IMG/VR virus record: IMGVR_UViG_3300042879_006196
Location: 62,001-126,000 of that record
Reading direction: 5' to 3' (one strand)
DNA length: 64,000 nt
Each line of letters starts with the position of its first letter. Within the stretch, counting starts at the first letter, position 1. The notes beneath the pieces were generated by a model. That model ran no database searches. It was given only the letters and a program-made list of their open reading frames with translations, and was not told where the DNA came from. The position numbers were made by a program, and so were the translations under genes. This document shows positions 15,823 through 25,809 of the stretch, in pieces.

Positions 15823-18474
15823 TTAGATTGTGTTAAATTTTGTTAAGTTTTTTTTCATCCACTGAAGGGCTTCAGCTTTATCGTTAAACTCTCCATTCAG
15901 CTGTGCTTTCCAGGCTTCATCTAACATATCTTTGATATCTCTTCCTTTCAGATTAGTGTTTTCAACAACATCATAGCCATTAATAAACGCCACTTCTCTT
16001 TGCATTCTATTTTGCAACCATTCTAATGCTGTTTCTCTGTTTTTCATTCTTGGATCATGATCCAAAATCATTTTTCTATGTTCTTTCAAAATTTGCCCGA
16101 TTATTGGACCACCTTTTTTCGTGTAAACCATAATATCTCTACCTTGTAAAAGATCTTGTGCTTTATCTTCAAATACACCGAGCTCATTTGCTTTTTCAAT
16201 CATTGTTTTTGCTTCATCTGGTAGTTTTTTTTCTAAAGGTGGTCTACCTGAATGATCTGCCTCAATTAAATAAGAAAGCATTTTAAGATTTGAAGGATAA
16301 ATTTTTTCTGCTAAATTTTTCACAAAAGAATCTTGTTTGGAAGTGTTTGAGTGATGAATGTGTGCAAGATGGTATTCTACCAAAGGTACCACTTGATCTA
16401 TCACTTTCTTGGGAGCCCCTATTGATTCTAAAAACGCTCTAGCTTTAGGTCCGCCTTTTTCTTCATGACCATGAGATGTAATTCTATCTTTTCCTTTTTT
16501 ATTAGTTACAGCTGTCGTTTCAGGTTTTGCAAAATCATGTGCAAGAGCCGCATAAATTAACACTTCTCTTTGTTCAGGAGAAAGATTTTCTCTGTCAGCA
16601 ATTCTAGCTGCTTCATTCATAACATGTGCAGTATGAACGTCCACGCTGCCCTCAGGGTGCCACTCCGAATCTTGTGGGGTATCTTTCAGATCATGTATTT
16701 CAGGGAAATTAGCAGACCAACCAGTGGTATAAAGAAAATCTAATGCCTTTCCTGGTTCAATACCTTTTGTTACAAGTTTTTTAAATTCTTCATAAATTCT
16801 CTCTTTAGGGAGATGCTGGAATTCTTCTCTTATAGATTGTGCTAATTCAGCTGTTTCAGGTGCAATATCAAAACCAAATCTAGATGCAAATTGCATGCCT
16901 CTTAAAACTCTCAATGGATCTTCAGCAAAAGCATCAGATGTATGTCTTAATATTTTATTAGTAAGATCTTGTCTACCGTTATATGGATCCACTATTTCAT
17001 GCGTGATAGGATCATATGAAATAGCATTAATTGTAAAATCTCTTCTAGCAGCAGCCTCTTCAGGTGTAAGATCTGACCTCACCTCTACATTAAAATCTTT
17101 ATGCCCCACTCCTGCTTTAGAATCAAGTCTGGGTAATGAAAAATCAAAATCCATACCATCTTTGCCAACAAATTTAATCACTCCAAATGATTGTCCAACA
17201 AGATCTGCTTTACCATACTTAGACAAAATCTGATTCAATTCATCATAATTAAGCCCATACACTTCAAAATCAATATCCTTTGGTGATTTACCTAAAATGG
17301 CATCTCTTACAGCTCCTCCAACAACAAGTGCCCTACCTCCTGAATTTGAAATATCAGAAAGCAAATCATACACATAATCTGGAAGTGATATCAGTAAATT
17401 TTGTTTTTCACCGTATTTTTTCAAATTAAAAGATACATTTCTTACATAAGCCAATTTATGAATTTTCCTCTCAACATAATCTACGTATTCTTGTAAATAT
17501 ATAGCATTAGATCTTTTTGTTTCTGGATTAATTTTATTTTTTTCTGATTCCAATGCGGACAAAAGATTTCTATAGGCTTCCAATTCGCCTATAGAATATC
17601 TTTCTTTTTCAAAAATTTTATATGCATCTGAAATAATTTTTTTGACAGGTTCAGGCATTATAATTATTGGTTTAGTTCCTTTTTGATTGAAGATATAATC
17701 GTATAATCCTTTTTTAAGGAAAAGCAGATATTCTTTTCCAAAATAATCTCTATGAGTATAATTTGGCAAATATTGTCTATGTTTTAAAACTATATCATTA
17801 ATACAATATTCAATGACATCATGCACAGATTTTCTGACAGATTGATTGTGAAGCTTCGAATAATTTTCTACGAACTCTACATTTAGGATATTGTTGTGTT
17901 TCTGAATTAAGCCTTGTAAATTAGCCCTTGCTTCTTCAGGTGATTGATAATAATAGGGAAATTTCTGCTGATCTTCTCTAGAAAGTTGGCTTTGATGTTT
18001 TTTATCTGTTCTATCTAAAAGTTTTTCATTTCTCCACCAATCTGTTTTGCTTTTTTGTTTACTAATAACATGGGTAATTTCATGAGCCATGTTAGATTTA
18101 ATATAAATTAAATCTTTATTTTTGTCCGATGCAGCATTAATGCCAATTTCTTTGTCAATAGTGGCTTTTGCGTGTTGTTTTTTATTTTTATCAAAATAAA
18201 TAAATACGGGTATTTTTAAATCTAAGGCTTTTGACTCTAACACACAATCTAAAAATAAAGTTTGAATCTTTTGATAAATATCACCCCATAAAAGAAGTTT
18301 TTTTTCATAAGCAACAGTAGAAGTATCAGTGGCATTTTGTAATTCTTCTCTCATAATTGATTCTTTTTCAGAGATCTCTAAAAAAGCTGGATTTGTAATC
18401 ATGGCATATATATTATTTGCCACTGAATCAAAATTATCAAAGTATTGTGTTACTGAGCTATACTTATACCACAC
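15823..18474 (-). CDS. cca: CCA tRNA nucleotidyltransferase with HD domain, fused to an N-terminal HEXXH domain
   Basis: VGGAVRD..DIDFE, RRDFTINA, EDPLRVLR, HPEG..H and HDFAK motifs; N-terminal MWY and AHEITH. Confidence 0.9.
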   Translation of the reverse strand: MWYKYSSVTQYFDNFDSVANNIYAMITNPAFLEISEKESIMREELQNATDTSTVAYEKKLLLWGDIYQKIQTLFLDCVLESKALDLKIPVFIYFDKNKKQHAKATIDKEIGINAASDKNKDLIYIKSNMAHEITHVISKQKSKTDWWRNEKLLDRTDKKHQSQLSREDQQKFPYYYQSPEEARANLQGLIQKHNNILNVEFVENYSKLHNQSVRKSVHDVIEYCINDIVLKHRQYLPNYTHRDYFGKEYLLFLKKGLYDYIFNQKGTKPIIIMPEPVKKIISDAYKIFEKERYSIGELEAYRNLLSALESEKNKINPETKRSNAIYLQEYVDYVERKIHKLAYVRNVSFNLKKYGEKQNLLISLPDYVYDLLSDISNSGGRALVVGGAVRDAILGKSPKDIDFEVYGLNYDELNQILSKYGKADLVGQSFGVIKFVGKDGMDFDFSLPRLDSKAGVGHKDFNVEVRSDLTPEEAAARRDFTINAISYDPITHEIVDPYNGRQDLTNKILRHTSDAFAEDPLRVLRGMQFASRFGFDIAPETAELAQSIREEFQHLPKERIYEEFKKLVTKGIEPGKALDFLYTTGWSANFPEIHDLKDTPQDSEWHPEGSVDVHTAHVMNEAARIADRENLSPEQREVLIYAALAHDFAKPETTAVTNKKGKDRITSHGHEEKGGPKARAFLESIGAPKKVIDQVVPLVEYHLAHIHHSNTSKQDSFVKNLAEKIYPSNLKMLSYLIEADHSGRPPLEKKLPDEAKTMIEKANELGVFEDKAQDLLQGRDIMVYTKKGGPIIGQILKEHRKMILDHDPRMKNRETALEWLQNRMQREVAFINGYDVVENTNLKGRDIKDMLDEAWKAQLNGEFNDKAEALQWMKKNLTKFNTI

Positions 18475-18522
18475 AATCTAGTATTAAAAATTTTTAAGTT
18501 ATATACCTCGTATTTAAAATAT

Positions 18523-18795
18523 ATGAAAGAATTCACTGTGACATTTGATAAGTCAAATTTTTCTAGAGAAAATGCAATTATGAAGTCCAAGAGAATCAAT
18601 TTAAAATTGAACACAATTTTACTTTGGCTAGGTAGACATGTTGTGTATGATCATTATTTAAATTCAGAATGGTTTGGCGGAAAAGAAGATGGCACAGATT
18701 ATGTGTTTTGGTTTAAATTAGAAAAAGATAGAGATAGAGCAGAAATATTTATCAATGAAATAATTGAAAATGGAATTCCAAGAATTAGAAACTAA
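18523..18795 (+). CDS. Hypothetical protein
   Basis: ORF with a CGTAT promoter motif 14 nt upstream. Confidence 0.65.
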   Translation: MKEFTVTFDKSNFSRENAIMKSKRINLKLNTILLWLGRHVVYDHYLNSEWFGGKEDGTDYVFWFKLEKDRDRAEIFINEIIENGIPRIRN

Positions 18796-18839
18796 ATTTA
18801 TATTCCAACATCTGATTGTTCTGTTTCAAATGGTAATGG

Positions 18840-19442
18840 TTATCCAAAATCTTCTGTTTGTTTTTCAATAGATTTATTTACAGGTTCTTGAGGTGGTTGA
18901 TCAGGTTTCTGTGCAGGTTTTTGAGGTGGTTGTGGAATTAAATATCTGTTAAAATTTTCTTTCATATCTCTTAAAATTTGCATGGGGTTAGTTCCTGGCA
19001 TCCAAAATACTTGCGATTGAAATTCTTTTCCATCTATCCCTGTAAGTTTTACTATACCATTATTTATCTTTACTTTATACGAATATAAATACGTTTCTAA
19101 TTTATATTTGTTTGGGTCTTCAGTTTCATTTACACCTCTTTGTGGCAATGTTTTCTGATTTGTTTGTTGTGGGTTAAAATTATTGGTTGGTGCAGGATTT
19201 GTTCGTGGGGGCATTGCTGGTGGCGTCGAACGAGTTGCAGACAAGGCAGGTGTGGGAGAATTTGTTTGTGTAGTTGAAGGTTTTAGAGGTGGCTTCAGAT
19301 TAGCATACCCAAGACCCCCAGTGAGTTTTTTTAAATAAAAATCATTGTCTTTATTTTCTGCCACAATTCTTGGAATTACCACGCTTCCATCAGGCAATTT
19401 TACCGCTTGATTTATCACTGTTTGACAAAATCTGTACCACAC
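18840..19442 (-). CDS. MWY-start Pro/Gln-rich protein
   Basis: MWYRFC start; low-complexity linkers. Confidence 0.75.
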   Translation of the reverse strand: MWYRFCQTVINQAVKLPDGSVVIPRIVAENKDNDFYLKKLTGGLGYANLKPPLKPSTTQTNSPTPALSATRSTPPAMPPRTNPAPTNNFNPQQTNQKTLPQRGVNETEDPNKYKLETYLYSYKVKINNGIVKLTGIDGKEFQSQVFWMPGTNPMQILRDMKENFNRYLIPQPPQKPAQKPDQPPQEPVNKSIEKQTEDFG

Positions 19443-19520
19443 AATCTGATATTAAATAAATTTCACATTATTTCCTTCGAATGAATTCAGCAAATTCGTG
19501 TATGTTTTTTCGTATATAAA

Positions 19521-19988
19521 ATGATGATTGAAAAATTAAATGAACAAATACATGAATTTTACAATAATAAATATCTAAGAAATAGATATCCATCTTTGTC
19601 ATATGTTTCATCTACACATGGTTTTGTTAATGGAGATTCGCCAGATTTAGCTGCTGTAGCTTTGGGTTATAAACCTGCGGCTTTATGGCATGAAAATTGG
19701 ACAGATGTAAATTCTGATTACATCACTTCTTGTTGCTATAGAGGTAATGAATTATTGTATTTGGACACTTATACTGTAGTGGTTTGTGAGAGAAAAGATT
19801 TTGATAAGTACAAAGCCATATTTAATAAGCCAAATACATCCAGGGAGTGGGGAGAACTTTTAGGATACCCAAAACATCTTGTTGATTTGTTTGTAGAATG
19901 CTGCGAAGGAAGAGAAATTCCAGACTGGGACACTTACAATACCAAAGCTGAAGAAATGGCTCTCAGATTGTGTATGGAAATGGATTAG
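19521..19988 (+). CDS. Hypothetical protein (KPA...GELLGYP motif)
   Basis: ORF with a CGTATA promoter motif. Confidence 0.7.
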   Translation: MMIEKLNEQIHEFYNNKYLRNRYPSLSYVSSTHGFVNGDSPDLAAVALGYKPAALWHENWTDVNSDYITSCCYRGNELLYLDTYTVVVCERKDFDKYKAIFNKPNTSREWGELLGYPKHLVDLFVECCEGREIPDWDTYNTKAEEMALRLCMEMD

Positions 19989-19989
19989 T

Positions 19990-20778
19990 TTATCGAACAG
20001 GTTCGTAAGGTCTATTTCTTTCTCTTTCAAGATATTCTTGCCTTTCTTTTTCAGCTTTTTCAGCTGCTTCTTGTGCTTTAAAATATTTTCGACTTTCTTC
20101 ATTCATTCTTTCTAGTTCATCTGGGTCAATATTAGCATAGTATTTTTCTTGAGCATCTCTTTGTTCTTGAGTTATCTTGAGTTTTTCATCTATTTTTCTC
20201 TGATTTTCTCGTTGTTCTTCTTCCTGTTGTTTTCTTGAAATTAAGTTTGCATTTTCAATTTGTTGATACTTTTCCATTTCAGTTTGTGAATTATTATCGT
20301 TTAAGCGTTCTTCTTCTTCTAAAAAATTTCTTGCAAGGTATTCAAATATTTCTGCTTTCTCAAGGGATACTTTTGGCTGCTCAGCATGTATTGGTTCAAA
20401 TATTTGCTCTAGCCCTTCATTTTTCAAACGCTCTAACACGTAATTTAATCTTCTTTCAGCTCGGTTTTTTTTAGCTAATAATGTTCCAGCCATTACTCGA
20501 TTTGGTGCAATCTCAAAGCGTTTATCTGAAAATAAAAATCTGTCAAAATACTCTTGATTTTCCATTTTTTCCATTTCTCTAAAATATGCATTTTCTGCTT
20601 TGAGAAATTCTTTTTGAGCCTCAGCAAGTTCAGCTTTGAACGCATGAACTCTTAGAGGGCTTTGTGCATATTTTGCAATTTTTATAAAAACGCTGTGCAT
20701 TTGTTTAGCCTCTTTAGTGAGCCCAGCATAATCAAGTTCTGTAGCGATTGAGGCAATTTTAACAAGCAGATTTTTCAT
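19990..20778 (-). CDS. Coiled-coil protein with shared N-terminal tag
   Basis: MKNLLVKIASIATELDYAGLTKEA. Confidence 0.8.
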   Translation of the reverse strand: MKNLLVKIASIATELDYAGLTKEAKQMHSVFIKIAKYAQSPLRVHAFKAELAEAQKEFLKAENAYFREMEKMENQEYFDRFLFSDKRFEIAPNRVMAGTLLAKKNRAERRLNYVLERLKNEGLEQIFEPIHAEQPKVSLEKAEIFEYLARNFLEEEERLNDNNSQTEMEKYQQIENANLISRKQQEEEQRENQRKIDEKLKITQEQRDAQEKYYANIDPDELERMNEESRKYFKAQEAAEKAEKERQEYLERERNRPYEPVR

Positions 20779-20780
20779 TT

Positions 20781-21368
20781 TTAATTCCTAATATTTTTTA
20801 CCACTTGGTTCCAGTCCATAATTTCTAAAATTGCATCAATGTACCCTTCGCGGTCTGTTCCAAAATCTGGGAAATAAGCATGTTCATACATGTCTATTGC
20901 TGCAATTAATTCACAATTCCACATAGGGAATGTGTTTTGTGTATCACCGATTACATTAATAATCATTTCGTGGTCGTAGCAATAACCAACAAATGCCCAG
21001 CCACGTGATGCTAATGCTGTGGCTTTTAAGTCATTAATGTAGTTTGAAAAATTATCATAATCAGCTTTAATTAAAGCATTGAATTCTGAGGTGGGTTTTC
21101 CATCTCCATTCAAATGATTAAAAAATATTTTGTGATTTAAAAAACCTCCATATGCAAAAGATTCAGCCATTTTTTGATCTCTCACTTCAGAAAAAATAGT
21201 GTTGATCTCTTTTAAATTTTTTCTTTTGTTTAAAGCTTCCACTGCTTTATTATTATTTTTGGCGTAGCTTTGCCAAAGTTTCAAATGTTCCTCATTTGTT
21301 TTTTTAGAAATCCCTACTTTTTGTAATTTGTTTTTAGGTAATTCTTTTGGAATGTCTAATTTTACCAC
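20781..21368 (-). CDS. sod: Fe/Mn superoxide dismutase family protein (start moved to GTG 21368)
   Basis: H..L..SY, NHKIFF, RGWA and DMYEHAY motifs; AGGT exactly 34 nt before the GTG. Confidence 0.85.
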   Translation of the reverse strand: MVKLDIPKELPKNKLQKVGISKKTNEEHLKLWQSYAKNNNKAVEALNKRKNLKEINTIFSEVRDQKMAESFAYGGFLNHKIFFNHLNGDGKPTSEFNALIKADYDNFSNYINDLKATALASRGWAFVGYCYDHEMIINVIGDTQNTFPMWNCELIAAIDMYEHAYFPDFGTDREGYIDAILEIMDWNQVVKNIRN

Positions 21369-21439
21369 ATTCTTTTTTTCTTGATGACAACTTATATTAC
21401 CTTGAAGGAATTTGAAGTGAGATTGTGTAATTAGATTGT

Positions 21440-22972
21440 ATGAGTGGTTGTGTTCCTTGCATGAAGGCAAATGAAAATATTTTCAGCTTGATTGATTATG
21501 CAAATAGCTTAGACATTAAAAATCCTAAACTCGCATCAAAAATTGATCAGATTGTGTTGGGGATGGTGAAGGAAAGTCAAGCTACAGACAACAGTTTAGC
21601 TTTTCAAGGACCAGGTACTAATGTGGAAAGAACTAAAGTAGAACAAACAGACAACAGTTTAGCTTTTCGAGGACCAGGTACTAATGTAAATAGAAAGCAA
21701 GATTCATCTGAAAAAAAAGGTGGTTTAGGGGAATCTTTGTCGAAAGTTGCACCTTCAGCAGCTTATATTGGTTTAACTGGAATGCAATTTGTTGCAAATA
21801 AATGGTGGGATGAGCTTTTTATGGAACGTAGATTTTATTATTTATATAGTCTTGCAAATCAACAAAAAGACCCGACAAAAAAGAAACAACTATTCAAAGA
21901 AGCAGCATTTGCCTTTCAAACAATAGAAAAAAACCACCCACAACTTTTTAACAAAATTGTAGAAAATTTAAATTTGAAAAACGTAGATAGCCTAAATGGA
22001 TTTTTTTTGTTACAGTTAAAAACTGTAAAAAAAGAACTCAATAACTTTCAAAAAACTTTAAAAGCAATGGGCGGATATGAAAATCTTATACCAAGTGTAG
22101 CAAAATTAATTGAAGAATTGCAAGACAAAATGCTTTCTAATAATGTTCCAAATGGACAAGTACAATTTTACGTGGAAAAATTAAAAAAAGCTTTAGCAGG
22201 AAAAAATTTCGAAGATGCCTATAAATTTATAAGTAATTGGAGACAGCCTAACACATTAATGAATACTATTGCTAAAAATCTGACACAAAGAAACCCCCAA
22301 GGAGTCATTATTGCTGATGGCGCGGAAGTTTTAAAAAAAACAACAAATGCTACTATGGTTGTATCAGAGAAAGAAGTAAGTAAGTTGGGGAAATTCCTTG
22401 AAGAAATTACATTAGCATTTCCATTTTTAAAAGATTATATTAAACCGATAAAAGTGTTTGGAGGTATTGTAATAAATCTGGGTTTGGGTTTAGCACAATT
22501 AGTTGACGTAATTAATATGATGCGCACTGGTCAAGCTAGAGGTGCTAAATTTTGGTGTCAGGTATTTGGAGCACTTTCATCTTTTATTCAATCAGCTTCT
22601 TTTATACCCGCTGTTATGGTAGCCACAGAAGGAATTTCTGCAGGAGTTGGTGCTTTTATGAAAGCTATAGATTTAATAATAAATGGTGCTTACTGTACTT
22701 CTGTTTTTTTCTTTTCAGCTAGTGATGCCAAAAATCTTCAAGGATCTATCACACAATCTCAACTATCTCCTAATGATTTGAATGTTGCTAATCAATTAGT
22801 AAACATTAAAAATAAAAAAATGATCAATGATCAATTTAAAGGAATGGTTGCTAATAATAAAATTGAGAATCCTAATGAAGTGGGGGCATATTTGAGAAAA
22901 CAATTATTAACTAAGCCGATTGCCCAACCTGGACAGCCAGTTGCTCAACCAGGACAACCTGCTGTAGCATAA
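21440..22972 (+). CDS. Large hypothetical protein with tag-like N-terminus and hydrophobic C-terminal helices
   Basis: YANSLD..NPKLASKID; duplicated TDNSLAF.GPGTNV; Gly/Ala-rich hydrophobic region. Confidence 0.75.
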   Translation: MSGCVPCMKANENIFSLIDYANSLDIKNPKLASKIDQIVLGMVKESQATDNSLAFQGPGTNVERTKVEQTDNSLAFRGPGTNVNRKQDSSEKKGGLGESLSKVAPSAAYIGLTGMQFVANKWWDELFMERRFYYLYSLANQQKDPTKKKQLFKEAAFAFQTIEKNHPQLFNKIVENLNLKNVDSLNGFFLLQLKTVKKELNNFQKTLKAMGGYENLIPSVAKLIEELQDKMLSNNVPNGQVQFYVEKLKKALAGKNFEDAYKFISNWRQPNTLMNTIAKNLTQRNPQGVIIADGAEVLKKTTNATMVVSEKEVSKLGKFLEEITLAFPFLKDYIKPIKVFGGIVINLGLGLAQLVDVINMMRTGQARGAKFWCQVFGALSSFIQSASFIPAVMVATEGISAGVGAFMKAIDLIINGAYCTSVFFFSASDAKNLQGSITQSQLSPNDLNVANQLVNIKNKKMINDQFKGMVANNKIENPNEVGAYLRKQLLTKPIAQPGQPVAQPGQPAVA

Positions 22973-23035
22973 AGCCCAATATAAACTGAAAAAACATTTA
23001 AAAAAAACAAATGTTTAAAGTTTATGTTGGGCTTT
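22971..23035. terminator. Long interrupted hairpin between convergent genes
   Basis: AAAGCCCAATATAAACT..AAACATTT/AAATGTTT..AGTTTATGTTGGGCTTT. Confidence 0.65.
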
Positions 23036-23039
23036 ACAA

Positions 23040-23399
23040 TTATTTAAGAGTGAGAAGATATTTTAATTGATTAAGTGCGCCAAGCATTTCATCTCTGATG
23101 TTTAAAAGATCTGTATCTTTCTCATTAAGAGCTTGTGGAATTTTGTCTTCAAGCACTTCAATATAAGCATCAATGTTGTCTTTAAAATTATCTGCATAAT
23201 TGAACAAAGTTATGTTAAATTTATCACTTGCCACTGGTCTTTTATATTTGCCGATATGAATTTCCATAAATGAATCAATCAAATCATCTAATGTTTCATA
23301 AGCGTTGCCTAATGCCTTATGTTCTGCATAACTTTCTGTTTGCCAATGGTAAATTCTAAGTTGATTTTGCAACGTAAGAAATAATTCAACTATGCTCAT
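23040..23399 (-). CDS. Ferritin/Dps-like four-helix protein (DUF5856-like)
   Basis: YHWQT.SYAEHKAL...D.F.E and NIRDEML..LN.LKYLLTL motifs. Confidence 0.75.
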   Translation of the reverse strand: MSIVELFLTLQNQLRIYHWQTESYAEHKALGNAYETLDDLIDSFMEIHIGKYKRPVASDKFNITLFNYADNFKDNIDAYIEVLEDKIPQALNEKDTDLLNIRDEMLGALNQLKYLLTLK

Positions 23400-23460
23400 A
23401 CTTATTACTTAAAAAAAAATAGGGCAAAGCCCTATTTTTAATTCTTTTATGAAATAAATT

Positions 23461-24258
23461 TTATTTCAAGACTATCATTTTTTCATGTCCCACTCTCACA
23501 CTTGGATCAACATAACATTTAATTCCTTTTTCTCTTAATTCAAGGAAGAAGCTTGCATCTTCGGAAGAAAAGTCATAAATTTGCCCACCTTTAAGTTCAT
23601 GGAATTGCGGTTTGAAGAATGGATATTCAAAAGATTCATGCACTCCAGATCTGACCATAAGCCAGCCAAAACCAATGTAAACACACTCAAACACTCCATC
23701 ATTCTTTTGAACTTCTGGAAGTTTTGATTTTTTATCCATTTGTTCAAGAGTAAGGAATTGAAAACTGCCATTGTTTTGGAAGTAATCTTCATCCCATTCA
23801 TCCACGCAAGTGGTGTGGTGACCATCTGCCATTAAATAAACGCCAGAAAGCATTTGCATTTGTGGGTTTTTTTGCATTCTTTGAAGAAGTTTGAAAAAAT
23901 CTTCAGGAGAAAATACGATGTCAGAATCAATCCACATAATGTAATCATAAGTAAATTGACCATCGAATGGTTTTTGATTTCTCCCTCTCAATACATGTGC
24001 CCTCAAGCAAGCTGAACGTGCGTAATAAACTACAGGGCTGTAAGCATTACTTAATGCAAATGAGATCCCATTTTGATACATGGCATTGCAAAGATTTGTC
24101 CAACTTTGTAGAAAATTAGCAGTGAATTCTCTACCAGGAATGCAAAAAATTACATTGATGTGTGGTTTTTGACCTGGTAGAGGTTGAGAGGGAGTTTGCT
24201 GTGCATAATTTGATGCGACTTGTGCTTGGTTTGAAACTGAATCAAGTTTAAACTTCAT
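23461..24258 (-). CDS. GT-A fold glycosyltransferase-like protein
   Basis: WIDSD (DXD), GFG, SED and VGHEK motifs. Confidence 0.75.
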   Translation of the reverse strand: MKFKLDSVSNQAQVASNYAQQTPSQPLPGQKPHINVIFCIPGREFTANFLQSWTNLCNAMYQNGISFALSNAYSPVVYYARSACLRAHVLRGRNQKPFDGQFTYDYIMWIDSDIVFSPEDFFKLLQRMQKNPQMQMLSGVYLMADGHHTTCVDEWDEDYFQNNGSFQFLTLEQMDKKSKLPEVQKNDGVFECVYIGFGWLMVRSGVHESFEYPFFKPQFHELKGGQIYDFSSEDASFFLELREKGIKCYVDPSVRVGHEKMIVLK

Positions 24259-24262
24259 AAAG

Positions 24263-24448
24263 TTATTTTACAGGATTTTTCAGTTCTTTTTTCCTTTCAA
24301 TAGCTTTTCTTCGTTTTTTTACAGAAGGTTTTTCATATCTTGATCTATCTTTTAATTCTTTGAGAACGCCATCCTGTACGACGGCTGTGTTGAATCTACG
24401 AAGTAGAGAGTCAATGCTTTCATTTTGTCTTGAGTTTACTTTTATCAT
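24263..24448 (-). CDS. rpsU: 30S ribosomal protein bS21
   Basis: ESIDSLLRRF...G.LKE.K....YEKPSVKKRRK. Confidence 0.9.
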   Translation of the reverse strand: MIKVNSRQNESIDSLLRRFNTAVVQDGVLKELKDRSRYEKPSVKKRRKAIERKKELKNPVK

Positions 24449-24451
24449 TTT

Positions 24452-24976
24452 TTACCCTAAAATATCGCGTGGTGATTCTAAAACAATGATACCAGATTGA
24501 TTTTCATTAGTCAAATCCAACACAATCTTCATTCCTATATTTTTTGTTAAAAAAGCAATAATATCATCAGCTTTGTGAATCAAGCGCTGATCAATTATAC
24601 TATACGTAGAATTTGAGAAAAAGATTCCTGGTATTTCTTCATTCATAACTTTAATATTTGACAGCAATTTGAATTCAGAAATGTCAATATTTAAATATTT
24701 CAAAAGATAAACCATGTGATCATCTAAATGGCTTATCACTGGATCATCAGCTTTAATAATGTATTCGAAAAAAACATTTTTTGTTTTTTTGGTTTTTAAT
24801 TTTTTATAAATAAATTTGCCAGCACCCACATAGAAAAAAGGCGAAAATTCTCCATTAATTTTTAATCTTACAATTCTATTTGGATATTGTGTATCAAAAT
24901 CTTTTAATAAGCTATTCATTGTGGATTTTTGATCTACGTCTACACAGATAAAAGGATCTATAAAATTATCAAACAT
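24452..24976 (-). CDS. Hypothetical protein
   Basis: ORF with CGTATATT 12 nt upstream. Confidence 0.7.
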   Translation of the reverse strand: MFDNFIDPFICVDVDQKSTMNSLLKDFDTQYPNRIVRLKINGEFSPFFYVGAGKFIYKKLKTKKTKNVFFEYIIKADDPVISHLDDHMVYLLKYLNIDISEFKLLSNIKVMNEEIPGIFFSNSTYSIIDQRLIHKADDIIAFLTKNIGMKIVLDLTNENQSGIIVLESPRDILG

Positions 24977-24978
24977 AA

Positions 24979-25716
24979 TTAATATACGGGGGCTTTAATG
25001 TGATGTTCTTTAAATTTAAGCACGTTTTTGATAGAAGCAATTTTTTCCACTGAATAAATATAAGTGGATTCAAAATATTCACGATCTACAAAAAAACCTG
25101 TTGTGTGATATTTTTGATTTACACATTCAATAATTTTTATTTTTGCATTGAAAAAACATTTCAGTTTCGATAGATTGTATTCAGAGATTGGTTCACCAAA
25201 GTAAATATAAGGAGCTGTGGAAGTGAAGCATTTCAAAAGAATTTTTTCTCTGTCACCAGTAGCCACACATACATCATCAAGAGGTTGTTTTTTTAATTTT
25301 ACATTTATAAAGTCATCAATATTTGGTTCTAGTATTGGTAGTAGAATTTCTTGTCTGTAAAATGATTTGAAATTATCTTTCAAATTTTTAATAATAATTA
25401 TTGGCTCTTTATCGAGAATCAATACTGCTTCACCTAATGCTCTTAGTTCTTTATAAGTTACGATTGCACTGGTTTGATCTTGAGGCACAATTATCAACCA
25501 TTTCACACAATCTGACAATACTGTTTTCCAATAATTTTCAATGAATTGATTTGATTCTTTATAAATCATTACTAAATTTGGATTGTCGGATTCTTTAATA
25601 TTTTTATTCAAAAGTAAAAGATTATTTTTTGCATGTAGATCAAAATAATTGCCATAAAACCTATAAGATTCAATCTCGTTCTGTAGTAAAATAAAAAACA
25701 GACAATAATCTAGCAT
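24979..25716 (-). CDS. Hypothetical protein (start probably ATG 25716)
   Basis: ORF; AGGT 35 nt upstream of this ATG. Confidence 0.6.
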   Translation of the reverse strand: MLDYCLFFILLQNEIESYRFYGNYFDLHAKNNLLLLNKNIKESDNPNLVMIYKESNQFIENYWKTVLSDCVKWLIIVPQDQTSAIVTYKELRALGEAVLILDKEPIIIIKNLKDNFKSFYRQEILLPILEPNIDDFINVKLKKQPLDDVCVATGDREKILLKCFTSTAPYIYFGEPISEYNLSKLKCFFNAKIKIIECVNQKYHTTGFFVDREYFESTYIYSVEKIASIKNVLKFKEHHIKAPVY

Positions 25717-25809
25717 CAATATTTTATACAAGCCTAGTGATAATATTACCTTAATTAAAAATAAGGAAAAATCAATTTTTTTTCAGAAACAAAAACCAGG
25801 AGAATCGAA

